64,000 nucleotides of DNA from Lama glama (taxonomy: Eukaryota): assembly GCA_028534125.1 (NCBI GenBank), contig CM052816.1, forward strand, positions 90,212,001-90,276,000, read 5' to 3'. The first letter of the stretch is position 1. The number at the start of each line of letters is the position of its first letter. The position numbers and the translations under genes are program-made. Below are positions 54,295 through 64,000 of this stretch, in pieces. Below the pieces are notes generated by a model. The model was not told the origin of the DNA and made no database searches. It saw nothing but the letters and a program-made list of their open reading frames with translations.

Positions 54295-54569
54295 ATGATG
54301 CAACTAGAAAAAAATATATAATATGTTGCCTAGTTAAAGGAAGATGACTCACATACCAGAATCACATGGTGTGTGCTGAATTTTTATACACTTTGTAGAA
54401 AGTTTTTCCTTCAAGTTGGAGGATTTCTTGACCACTGTTGTTGTGAGTGCAGTAAACTTCCTTGAATGATTACCTATTCTTTAATTATTATGAAGAAATT
54501 GATTAGTACACTGATATTTTTCTAGAAAAGTTAGTTTGCTTTCCATACTCAAATAATATTGAAAAGTTC

Positions 54570-55193
54570 CATATGACCCAGGAATCCCACTCCTGGGCAT
54601 ATATCCAGAAGGAACCCTACTTTAAAATGACACCTGCACCCCAATGTTCATAGCAGCACTATTTACAATAGCCAAGACATGGAAACAGCCTAAATGTCCA
54701 TTAATGGATGACTGGATAAAGAAAAGGTGGTATATTTATACAATGGAATACTACTCAGCCATGAAATATGACAACATAATGCCATTTGCAGCAACATGGA
54801 TGCTCCTGGATTATGTCATTCTAAGTGAGGTAAGCCAGAAAGAGAAAGAAAAATACCATATGAGATCGCTCATAGGTGGAATCTAAAAAAAAAAAAAAAA
54901 GCATAAATACAAAACAGAAACAGACTCATAGACATAGAATACAAACTTGTGGTTGCTAAGGGGGCGGGCGGTGGGAAGGGATAGACTAGGATTTCAAAAT
55001 TGTAGAATAGATAAACAAAATTATACTGTATATCACAGGGAAATATATACAAGACCTTATGGTAGCTCACAGAGAAAAAAATGTGACAATGAATATATAT
55101 GTGTTCATGTATAACTGAAAAATTGTGCTCTACACTGGAATTTGACACAAAATTGTAAAATGATTATAAATCAATAAAAAATGTTAAAAAAAA
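54570..55193 (+). mobile_element. Young 5'-truncated L1 (ORF2 C-terminus, 3' UTR, poly-A)
   Basis: ORF 54644..54886 MFIAALFTIAKTWKQPKCP...WIKKRWYIYTMEYYSA is the L1 ORF2 C-terminus. Perfect TSD gaaaagttc at 54561-54569 and 55194-55202, with TT immediately 5' of the first copy (L1 endonuclease-type site). Confidence 0.96.
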
Positions 55194-56009
55194 GAAAAGT
55201 TCTAAGTCACATTTGTTCTTTTGCAACCAAAGACATTTGTGTGATGATTTAAAATAGAGAGTGTATCTTCAGCCTAGCAGGAAGTTAGAAATATCAGAGT
55301 ACCTAAATGAACATCACATGCTACTGGGATGAACATAGTAATGACCAGTGTTTTCTTAGAAAACTTTTATCTTGGATAAAGCAATCTGAAAAGGAAATTG
55401 TATTATTCCATTTCATATTAAAGTATATTTCCAAAAATAAATATGCAAACATTTAACAGAACAAAATGCTTTTGCAACAGTTGAGTGACTCTGCGGGTGT
55501 CATTCCTCTGATGATATTGATAAAATGAAAATAAATAGGTCATAAATTAATTTGTCTTACAACAGATTATAACAACAATGGTGACTTAATGAAAGATAAT
55601 TTCTTGATTATGAAGCCCTGGCCACATCTGAATAGAATTTGAATGAATACAGTTTGAGAATTGCTCAAATGTCCAACTCTCGTTTTTTCTATAACGAGAA
55701 TATAACGAGATAGCACTGGAGTTTGCGTCTGCCATTTGCTTCTACTACATGCTGGTAACATGATGAATATTTATCACTTTTACATGTAAAACAAAAGCCA
55801 GCAAATACTTTAAAATAGAAGTGTCGGCACTCTTGTAACTACTCTACCAAAGTTTCTCTTTGCTTAAACATCACTGAAAAAGAGTTACAGAAGAATCACT
55901 ACATAAATTTTATGTATATTTCACATTAGTGTGAAAGTGAAATAGTCAACTTTATCACTTCAGGCTATATCTTAATGCAAACGACTACATCTACTTTAAA
56001 AATGAAAGC

Positions 56010-56145
56010 AGTAGACCAAATGTACAGATGTAGAAACTAGAGACCTGAAAACGACATACTGTCTCCAGGTGGCAACATGAATTATTGACAGAGGAAGTAA
56101 TAAATCCCAGATGTTTCTGACTTCAAGTGCTGTGCTATTTCCCCC
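56010..56145 (-). mobile_element. MIR SINE fragment
   Basis: 'tgtacagatgtagaaactagagacc...aatcccagatgtttctgacttcaagtgctgtgct'. Confidence 0.6.
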
Positions 56146-57489
56146 ATAAAATCAGGCTTATTCAGACACCTGTGAAAAATTAAGAATGCTATCCCTAGTA
56201 TTTGTTACACAGTAATGTAAACCACGAGCACGTTCATTGGAACTTCTGTATTGGATGGAAGATATGGTAAAATAAATCAATTATCTTTGTCTGAAAAATA
56301 GGCAGAATCAAGTCTGCAACTGACCCCTCTACAAAACTCCATCTGCCAAAGCTTAATTGTTTCCTACTTTCAAATTTACCCCCAAACCAGTAGATCCCCA
56401 AAATAATGATAACCTACCCAGGCATGCTCCTTTATTACAGTAGGCACAATGACTATCCAATACTTAGGATAATAGCCTAATTCTATGTAAAATATGGGAA
56501 ATTAAACCCCAGCAAGTTAATCTTCTGGAAAGAGCTACATTTTCATATAGCCAAATAGCTATGATCATTATCAAGCATTATCAATGTTTAATATGTATAT
56601 CCATCTAGCATTCACACTTTATCCTTATATAATCCTGGATATTATAAAATTTAACCAACGTATTAATGATGTCTCAGTTTTCATGAGAAATTTAGACCAA
56701 AAAAATTTTGCTTAACATAAAACCAGACCATCAACTTTCAACACTCCCGGCCCTCCACTTCCAGCAAACACAGTTAGTGTCCTGGGAGCTTATGCTGAAA
56801 GGTGGGCCCCCACTCACTGTTGGTCACAGTTGTCATCAGGGTAAATTGAGAAGCAGCACATGTTGGGGCGACTGTCCAAAGAACAGAAGACTGTCCAAAT
56901 AGGTAATCAATCTGTTAGGGCCAGGCAGAGAGAAAGCTTCCAAGTAACGATGCCAATGGCAGAGAAATCCAGGAGACCAGACTGGAGAGAGGGTTCAAAG
57001 CAGATGGTGAGGGTTGTAGCCACCTGGAATAATTCTCGGAGTCAATTAGCAAGTACCAGTAGCGGATTTTTGGATAACTCTTCAAGCCATAGACGGTAAG
57101 GCTGGATTTAAAAGTAAAGGGAATGATTTTTTTAAATGTATCCTTCCTTTTTTAATCCCTTCTACAGGCTCCCTTCTGCCATTACTTCATTCTCCACTCA
57201 GCCAAGACACCACTGAAGATTTCTTTAATTTCTCCTCACAAGAAATCTCATCTAACTTGCAGGTGTTTCCTTATGTTACAACAAAGGATAAACATTACAG
57301 CACTGACTCTACTTTTTAATTTAGACTTCTGAATACTCTATAGAAAAAGATACAACCCAAGAATTTTGGTTAATACAGATTGTTTTTTGTAATTTGACCC
57401 CCTTCTACAATCGATTGTTCTCTTGTCTTTAACTTATTCCTTCTACGAAGCAATAATTTAATTTTGTTTATTTTTAATTTAATTCAGTT

Positions 57490-57938
57490 ATTTTTATTGA
57501 GGTATAATTGACATATAACACTGTGTTAGTTTCAGATGTACAACATAATGATTTGATATTTCAACACATTGTGAAATGATCACACTATTATGTTAGTTAA
57601 TGTCTATCAAACATCACTCACTATACATAGTTACAAATTTTTTTAAGATCTACTCACTTAACAACTGTCAAATATGCAATACAGTGTTATTAACTATAAT
57701 CACCATATTTTATTATTTTATATTTTATCATTACGTAACTGAAATTCTGTATCTTTTGACCCCCTTTACTCATTTCTGCCATCCCCCACCCCTGCTTCTG
57801 GCAACCGCCAATATGTTCTCTTCTATCTATGAATTTGGTGGTGGTTGTTTTAGATTTCATGTATAAATGAGATCATATAGCATTTGTCTTTCTCTTATTT
57901 CACTTAGCATAATTTGCTCAAGGTCCATTCATGGGGTT
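57490..57938 (-). mobile_element. L1MA-like 3' end
   Basis: 'ttttattgaggtataattgacatataacactgtgttagtttcagatgtacaacataatgattt...tagatttcatgtataaatgagatcatatagcatttgtctttctc'. Confidence 0.9.
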
Positions 57939-58059
57939 GTAATTTAAAATTTTTGAAGATCTATTTCTATGACTTCATCAGTTTCCCTCCTGTGCCTACA
58001 TCCTTGTATCTGACCTATACTTCCAGGCTTTCTTCCAATTTCCAAAGTGATTATGTGTT

Positions 58060-58796
58060 TACTCACATTCAAGATCACCTTAATCCCACCTGTGTCATCT
58101 CCTCAAGGAGCTGGCATCCTTCCTTTATGATCACTCATTCTCCCTCTTTGAAGATAATCCTCTAACTTGAAAATGTGCTGCTGGTGGCTGATGTATTTAA
58201 GACAAAACAAAAACAAAAACAAATTATAGATACTTTTCTCTTGGACCTAAGTTTCTCTTTAGCTACTGATCTTGCTCCTTTTCTTTTCATTTCAAATCTT
58301 CCAAGATAAGTCTTTGCTTTCTCACTTCTCAGTTAATTCCTTTCCAGCCTGAAACCAAGATTCTGCTTGGCAGAGCTACTTTTGCTAAGGTAACCAAGGG
58401 CTTTCTAATTTCCAAGTCATAAGATCACATTTCAATCCTATCTTCTGTGTTTAATACTGTACACAATTCCCTTTGTCCTAACACTCTACATTTTATTAAA
58501 TTGTTCAGTTTATTCCTGTGACTGTTTGTGTCTCCCTGATCAATTCTTTTCAGGCTTCTTCATGTCTTACTCTTATACTGTTCACCATTTAAACCTTACT
58601 AGTGCATCCACAATTCTATTCTCAGCCCACTGTTCTTAGATCACTCTTTTTCTCAAGTCAATCTCTTCTATCTTAAGACCTTTACTTAATAATTCCTGAA
58701 TGCTAACTACTATGCTATTACTCAGGGTTCTTCAGAGAAACAGAACTAACAGGATGCCATATAGCCATATATATGGAGAGGGAGAGAAAGAGAGAC

Positions 58797-58840
<44 letters not shown>

Positions 58841-59550
58841 TTGACTTACTTTAAGGAACAGGCTAACCCAATTGTGGATGTTCAAGTTCAAAAATCTGCA
58901 GAGTCAGGGTAGGACTGCAGGCTTGAGACCCTGGAAAAAGATGCAGTCTAGGCCCAAAGGTAGTCTGCTGGCAGAATTCTGTCTTGCTGGGGGAAGGCCA
59001 AATTTTTATTCTATTCAGGCCTTTACCGATTGGATGAAGTCTACCCATGTTATGGGGGGCAATCTGCTTTACTAAAAGTCCACCAATTTAAATGTGAATT
59101 TCATTAAAAAAACACATTTACAGAAAAATTAAGAATGATATTTGACCAAGTAGCTAGGTACCACCACTCAGCCAAATTGATATATAAAATTAACCATCAG
59201 GCTATGGAATCTAAATCATTTGCTATAACTTTCTATTGAGTTCCAGAAACATATAACATTAAACATCTTTATGTGAATGTAACAAATGTAACAAAGACAT
59301 TGCAAAGTCAACGTATTCAAAATTCACCCCTTTTACTTTGGCAAACATGCTCTTTGTCCTACATTTTCTGTCTCCGTCAATGATGCTACTAGTTACCTAG
59401 TCTTCCAAGGCAGAAAATTCTTGTATATCTCTGCCTCTCTCTTATAATCAATCACAAGATCTTCTCAAGTATTTCTTGGCTCTGTTCCTCATCTTGGCCC
59501 TAGTTTAGCCTTTTAACAATGTTTTGGTTTAACATGATAAAAGCCTTATA
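58060..59550 (+). mobile_element. L2 LINE fragments interrupted by an MLT2 LTR
   Basis: Pyrimidine-rich L2-like body ('gctaaggtaaccaagggctttctaatttccaagtc', 'caattctattctcagcccactgttct'), resuming after 59200 ('ttgagttccagaaacatata', 'caaagtcaacgtattcaaaa'). Confidence 0.6.
58713..59199 (-). mobile_element. MLT2 (ERVL) solo LTR with internal (GA)n
   Basis: 'tcagggttcttcagagaaacagaactaacagga...gattggatgaagtctacccatgttatggggggcaatctgctttactaaaagtccacc...aaattgatatataaaattaaccatca'. Confidence 0.9.
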
Positions 59551-59934
59551 CTAAGGTGAGCCAAGAATGTCCCCCAGATGCTCCCTGTGAACACCACTGC
59601 TGGACTGACATTCCTGCAAGCTTTTAAGGCTCCAGGCTTCTAAAGTATTGTCACAGCACAGTTAGAACCTGAGACTCACTTGCCTCATTGTGCCCATTCT
59701 GCTGTACCAACCACCGATGCCAGCTGAGGAGCAAAAGGAACATCTGAAGGACCACATCTCAATGGAAAATCATCGACTGCTCAAGCCACAGGTGATTCTG
59801 TGTGGCCCAAGGATCCATGGAGCTTCAGGAAACTCTTAGAACTCAGATTCTCCAAACTCCTCATATCTGTTTAACAGCTGGTATTCAATACCAGCACCCA
59901 TACACAGAAACACACACACACATACCCTCTAAAG

Positions 59935-60086
59935 CTACACTTCTCATATTTGCCTCATCATAAAAATCATCCACAGCACTTGTTAAAAATTCAAAATTCT
60001 AGTTCTCAGGATTAGCCGTGGGGTGAAAACTAGGAATATGTATTTTAACCTGAGTGAAGTTGAATTTTCTCATTAGGAAACACTGT
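59935..60086. mobile_element. MER5-family hAT fragment
   Basis: 'aaaatcatccacagcacttgttaaaaattcaaaattct...aggaatatgtattttaac...ggaaacactg'. Confidence 0.55.
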
Positions 60087-61423
60087 CCTACCAATCTCAC
60101 CCCTGTAACTCACTATGCTCTCTTGACCTAAAACAAATGCATCTCTTGGCTCTCATGCTCTTTTTCACATTCTTCCCATCTGCTGAACATTGTGCCCACT
60201 AAATTTCTCTTGCAAGATAATAAAATCCTCTGGCCCTTTCCTCCACATAGTGATGGAGAGAAGGAGCCCCAACTTGTAGCAATGAAGAGAAGGAGGTGGG
60301 GTGCAGGGATAACACAGCATGAGGGTGCTGAGTCCAGGGAAGTATTCCTATGCGAGGAGAGACTCAAACAAGGCCTGAAAGGAAAAAAAAAAAAAGTGAA
60401 GAACACATGAAAGAGAGAGAACCCTATGAGAATGAGAATCTAGGGCCTACAGGGATACACCAGCTTTTGAAGCATGAAAGGACACCTCCTGTATTGCAAT
60501 ATGAAAGGAAAAGAGGAGTGTGACTGTAGAAGCACTCTGACTTTCACATTTTTGGTAGAAAATTGAGGACATTCCCATCTGATGACCTTTATTTAGTCTT
60601 TCAAGAAGGAGGCAAGCTTCTCTTTGCAGAAAGTGCAAATAAGCATGGGCTACTGGAGCGTTAGAAGACCAGAAAAGATTTCAAGTTGTTGCTGTGAGTG
60701 GCATGAAAGCAAACTGTCTAAAGAGATAGAGTATTAGAAACTTAAATTTATATTGGCATCAGTTTGATTTGTGTGTTTGTGTGGGTGTGTTTTCTCTAAG
60801 AAGTGCTCTGCTTCACAGATGTAAACCCAGGGAAGGCAGGTGGTTGGGTTCATCAGTGATGATGAAGGTTCATGCGGCACAGGTTTCTAGATGAGATAAC
60901 AGGTTAGAAAAGAGAGATTAGTGAATTTAAAGAGAGTAATTTAAATGTTGATCATTGTGAAGATTCTTCTTGGTGTGAAGGACATCTGCCTCCAAAGGTA
61001 CCTTATGAACCTGGTATGCTTAGAATACGGGTAGGGTCCCAGTCAGCTTCTTGCAGTTTGGACTCCAGTCAAAGCTACATTGATCTCCTGATGTTCTGAG
61101 TCCTGAGACATTTGTGTTACTTAAGAGCCAACACCAATCACTCCTGAAAAGCCTAGATGTTTTCCATTTACACTATCTATCATCTATGCAAATGAACAAA
61201 AACCATATGGGGAAGACTAAAGAAAGGTTTCCAGAATATTTCTGTCATGTTACAAGGCTCTTCCCTAAGGAAACACAATTGTTTTCTTCCTTCAGAACAT
61301 TCTGTGTCTCTGAACACACTGAGGATTTATCATATTGGGAGAAGGGCCATATAACATCCATTATGTTTACTCAAGCCCGGTCTCTATTCATGGGAGTTGG
61401 GATGCTTATATTAAAACAACTGA

Positions 61424-62860
61424 TGGTGATCAATTAATCTTTGACAAAGGAGGCAAGAATATACAATGGAGTATAGACAGTCTCTTTAGCAAATGGTGTT
61501 GGAAAAACTGGACAGCAGCATGTACATCAATGAAGCTAGAACACTCCCTCACACCATACACAAAAATAAACTCAAAATGTTTAAGTTAATGCTAAGTTAA
61601 ATACTTAAACATAAGACAAGACACTATAAACCTCTTAGGAAACAACGTAGGCAAAACATTATCTGACATAAATCTCAGCAATGTTCTCTCAGGGAAGTCT
61701 ACCCAAGCAATAGAAATAAAATCAAAAATAAACAAATGGGACCTAATTACACTTATAAGCTTTTGCACAGCAAAGAAAACCATAAGCAAAACAAAACGAC
61801 AACCTACGTATGGAATGGGAGAAAATATTTGCAAAAGATGAGGTTGAAAAGGGCTTAATTTCTAGAATATATAAACTTAATAACGACAACCAAAAAAAAA
61901 AAAAAAAACCCAATCCAAAAGTGAGCAGAAGACCTAAACAAGGAATTCTCCAATGAAGACATACAAATGGCCAATAGGCACATGGAAAAAATTCTCAATA
62001 TCGCTAATTATCAGAGAAATGAACGTTAAAACTACAATAAGGTATCACCTCACACTAGTCAGAATGGCCATCATTCAAAAGTCCCTGAATGATAGATAAA
62101 TGCTGGAGAGGGTGTAGAAAAAAGGGAACCCTCTTACACTGCTGGTGGGAATGCAGTCTGGTGCAGCCGTTATGGAAAACAATATAGAGATTCCTCAAAA
62201 AACTAAAAATAGATTCACTATATGATCCAGCAATCCCACTCCTGGGCATATATCCAGAGGGAACTTTAATTCAAAAAGACCATGCCCCCAATGTTCATAG
62301 CAGCACTATTTACAGTAGCCAGGAAATGGAAGCAACCTAAATGTCCATCGACAGATGACTGGATAAAGAAGCTGTGGTGTATTTATATAACGGAATACTA
62401 CTCAGCCATAAAAGATAATAAAATAATGTCATTTGCATCAACATGGATGGATCTGGTGATTGTCATTCTAAGTGAAGTAAGCCTGAAAGAGAAAGAAAAA
62501 AACATATGATATCACTTATATGTGGAATCTAAAAAAAAAGGAAATACAACTTAACTTATTTAAAAAACAGAAACAGACTCACAGACATAGAAAACAAATT
62601 TATGGTTACCAGAGGGGAAAAGGCATAGGAAGGGATAAATTGGGAGCCCGAGATTTGCAGATACTAACTAATATATATAAAATAGGTAAATAAAAAGTTT
62701 ATACTGTATAGCACAGGGAACTATATTCAATATCTCATAGTAACCTATAATAAAAAAGAATATAAAAATGAATATACATATGTATATGTATGACTGAAGC
62801 ATTATGCTGTACACCAGAAATTGACACAATGTTGTAAACTGACGATACTTCAATTAAAAA
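61424..62860 (+). mobile_element. Relatively young 5'-truncated L1 (about 1.4 kb: ORF2 C-terminal region and 3' UTR)
   Basis: ORFs 61335..61589 ([25 protein letters not shown]) and 62282..62509 (MFIAALFTVARKWKQPKCPSTDDWIKKLW) are L1 ORF2 segments; the frame is disrupted; A-rich tail present. Confidence 0.96.
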
Positions 62861-62874
62861 AAATAAAACTGAAG

Positions 62875-63000
62875 GGAGGAGGGTATAGCTCAGTGGTAGA
62901 GCACATGCTTAGCGTGCATGAGGTCCTGGGTTCAATTCCCAGTACCCCCATTAAAAAAAAAAGTTAATAAATAAAAACCTAATCACCTCCATCCCCAAAA
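62875..63000 (+). mobile_element. tRNA-derived SINE (camelid Vic-1-like)
   Basis: GGAGGGTATAGCTCAGTGGTAGAGCACATGCTTAGCGTGCATGAGGTCCTGGGTTCAATTCCCAGTACC with Pol III A box (TAGCTCAGTGG) and B box (GGTTCAATTCC), then 'aaacctaatcacctcc' and an A tail shared with the other two copies. Confidence 0.93.
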
Positions 63001-63289
63001 AATAAAACAATTGAAGAAAGAGGATCTTGAGTTGACCATCAGTATCACTCCTAGATACCTTGCCATCAAATAGCCTATGTGAAAGAGCTTAGCAGGTTAT
63101 ACAAATCTCAGAGATCTAATTATAATGCCTCTCACATTCTGTTGGGAAATCATACCCACTTAGCCCTTGATGGCAAATATGCGCCTACCCATCTCTGCCA
63201 CACTGTGATTGTCTCATCCTTGTTGACCTCGAGATGCCCATATGGAGTCTGCAGATTCTTCTCAGCCTCAGCTGTCTCTGGGGACATTG

Positions 63290-63754
63290 ACCACAACCAT
63301 CTCCACCAGGCCACAACAGAAGTGACCCTGTCTGTGTGGGTTCCGACTAACCTCGTGTTAATATAGCCCAACACTGTATTACCTCATGCCAACATCACCA
63401 CATGTGACTCATTTCCTGCCCAAGGGTTTCCCTGTGAAATTTTAGATGTGAAACCATGTAGACAGTCTTGACGACTTCAAATACAAAATGAAGAAGGGCG
63501 AGGGAGACAGGAGTTGATGAATAAATTCTTCCCCCTTCATCTTCCTGGATGGACTGTTCTGTGATATAGTCATAAGACACTCCCAAAAGACCCAGTTGTC
63601 GGTTTGATGTGGCACCGAACAGTGACCAATTTGTTGTCACACCCTGATATTTATTCTCCCTTCTTCTCTGCCTCACCACTGCTTTTTTGGTTCTGCATTC
63701 CCTAGTAGAAGCTTTTCCTGTAGGCTCTTCTCTCCGGCAGAATCCAAGCTAACA
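63290..63754 (+). mobile_element. LTR16-like ERVL solo LTR
   Basis: 'ggagttgatgaataaattcttcccccttc...ggactgttctgtga...ctcccttcttctctgcctc...gaatccaagctaaca' resembles LTR16-family sequence. The 5' boundary is uncertain. Confidence 0.65.
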
Positions 63755-64000
63755 GTTCATTTCATTTGTAGAGTAGTCCACCAGCATTTCTAGCTTAGAA
63801 GCAATGAGTAAAGAGTTATTCTACATAAAATGTGTGTTTTCCTCAATACTTTCTCAAATCCTTGGTGAAGAGTGAGTTCTCTGGATTTTTCTCAGGGGAT
63901 ACTGGGCTTTGGGTGAATGAGATGGGATATGTATGATGGGTTTAATACAGATGTTGAATACTTCGTTCTATACTCATCAAGGTCTTTCTGAACTCTCAAT

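Noticed and set aside
55566..55645. Plus-strand terminal coding exon (DYNNNGDLMKDNFLIMKPWPHLNRI*)
   Set aside because: Weak acceptor, no recognised homology and no upstream exon chain.
56860..56905. Direct repeat gactgtccaaa x2 as a TSD or regulatory repeat
   Set aside because: The copies are only ~20 bp apart with no element between them; most simply a small local duplication.
61335..62509. Functional reverse transcriptase / ORF2 gene
   Set aside because: Only C-terminal L1 ORF2 pieces of a 5'-truncated, frameshifted copy; no EN or RT domain.
62875..62950. tRNA gene (A and B boxes, tRNA-like head); likewise 26000-26073 and 51420-51496
   Set aside because: Each is followed by a shared non-tRNA tail and an A-rich end, flanked by TSDs, and present as three diverged copies, so these are SINEs.

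Overview
AT-rich, CpG-depleted mammalian genomic DNA, probably from a camelid. That inference rests on three copies of a short tRNA-derived SINE of the Vic-1 type and on artiodactyl-type L1 3' ends. The window reads as intronic or intergenic, and a large part of it is transposable-element debris: young and ancient L1, MIR, L2, MaLR/ERVL/ERV1 solo LTRs, an ERVL-type integrase relic, MER5/MER20 hAT elements and microsatellites. I recognise no host protein-coding gene, RNA gene or CRISPR array; the supplied ORFs are L1 remnants or chance ORFs. The most notable unexplained signals are: (i) a ~200-bp degenerate palindrome of ~29-bp subunits at ~6.85-7.05 kb; (ii) a repeat-free, CpG-retaining block at ~35.2-37.1 kb with a canonical RFX X-box; (iii) small minus-strand exon-like units with good splice signals, three of which join in an open frame (speculative); (iv) an L1+SINE composite with a triplicated target site. 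I see no convincing evidence for a novel multi-gene system. Repeat family names come from my recall of consensus sequences, not a database search, and boundaries of old elements are approximate.
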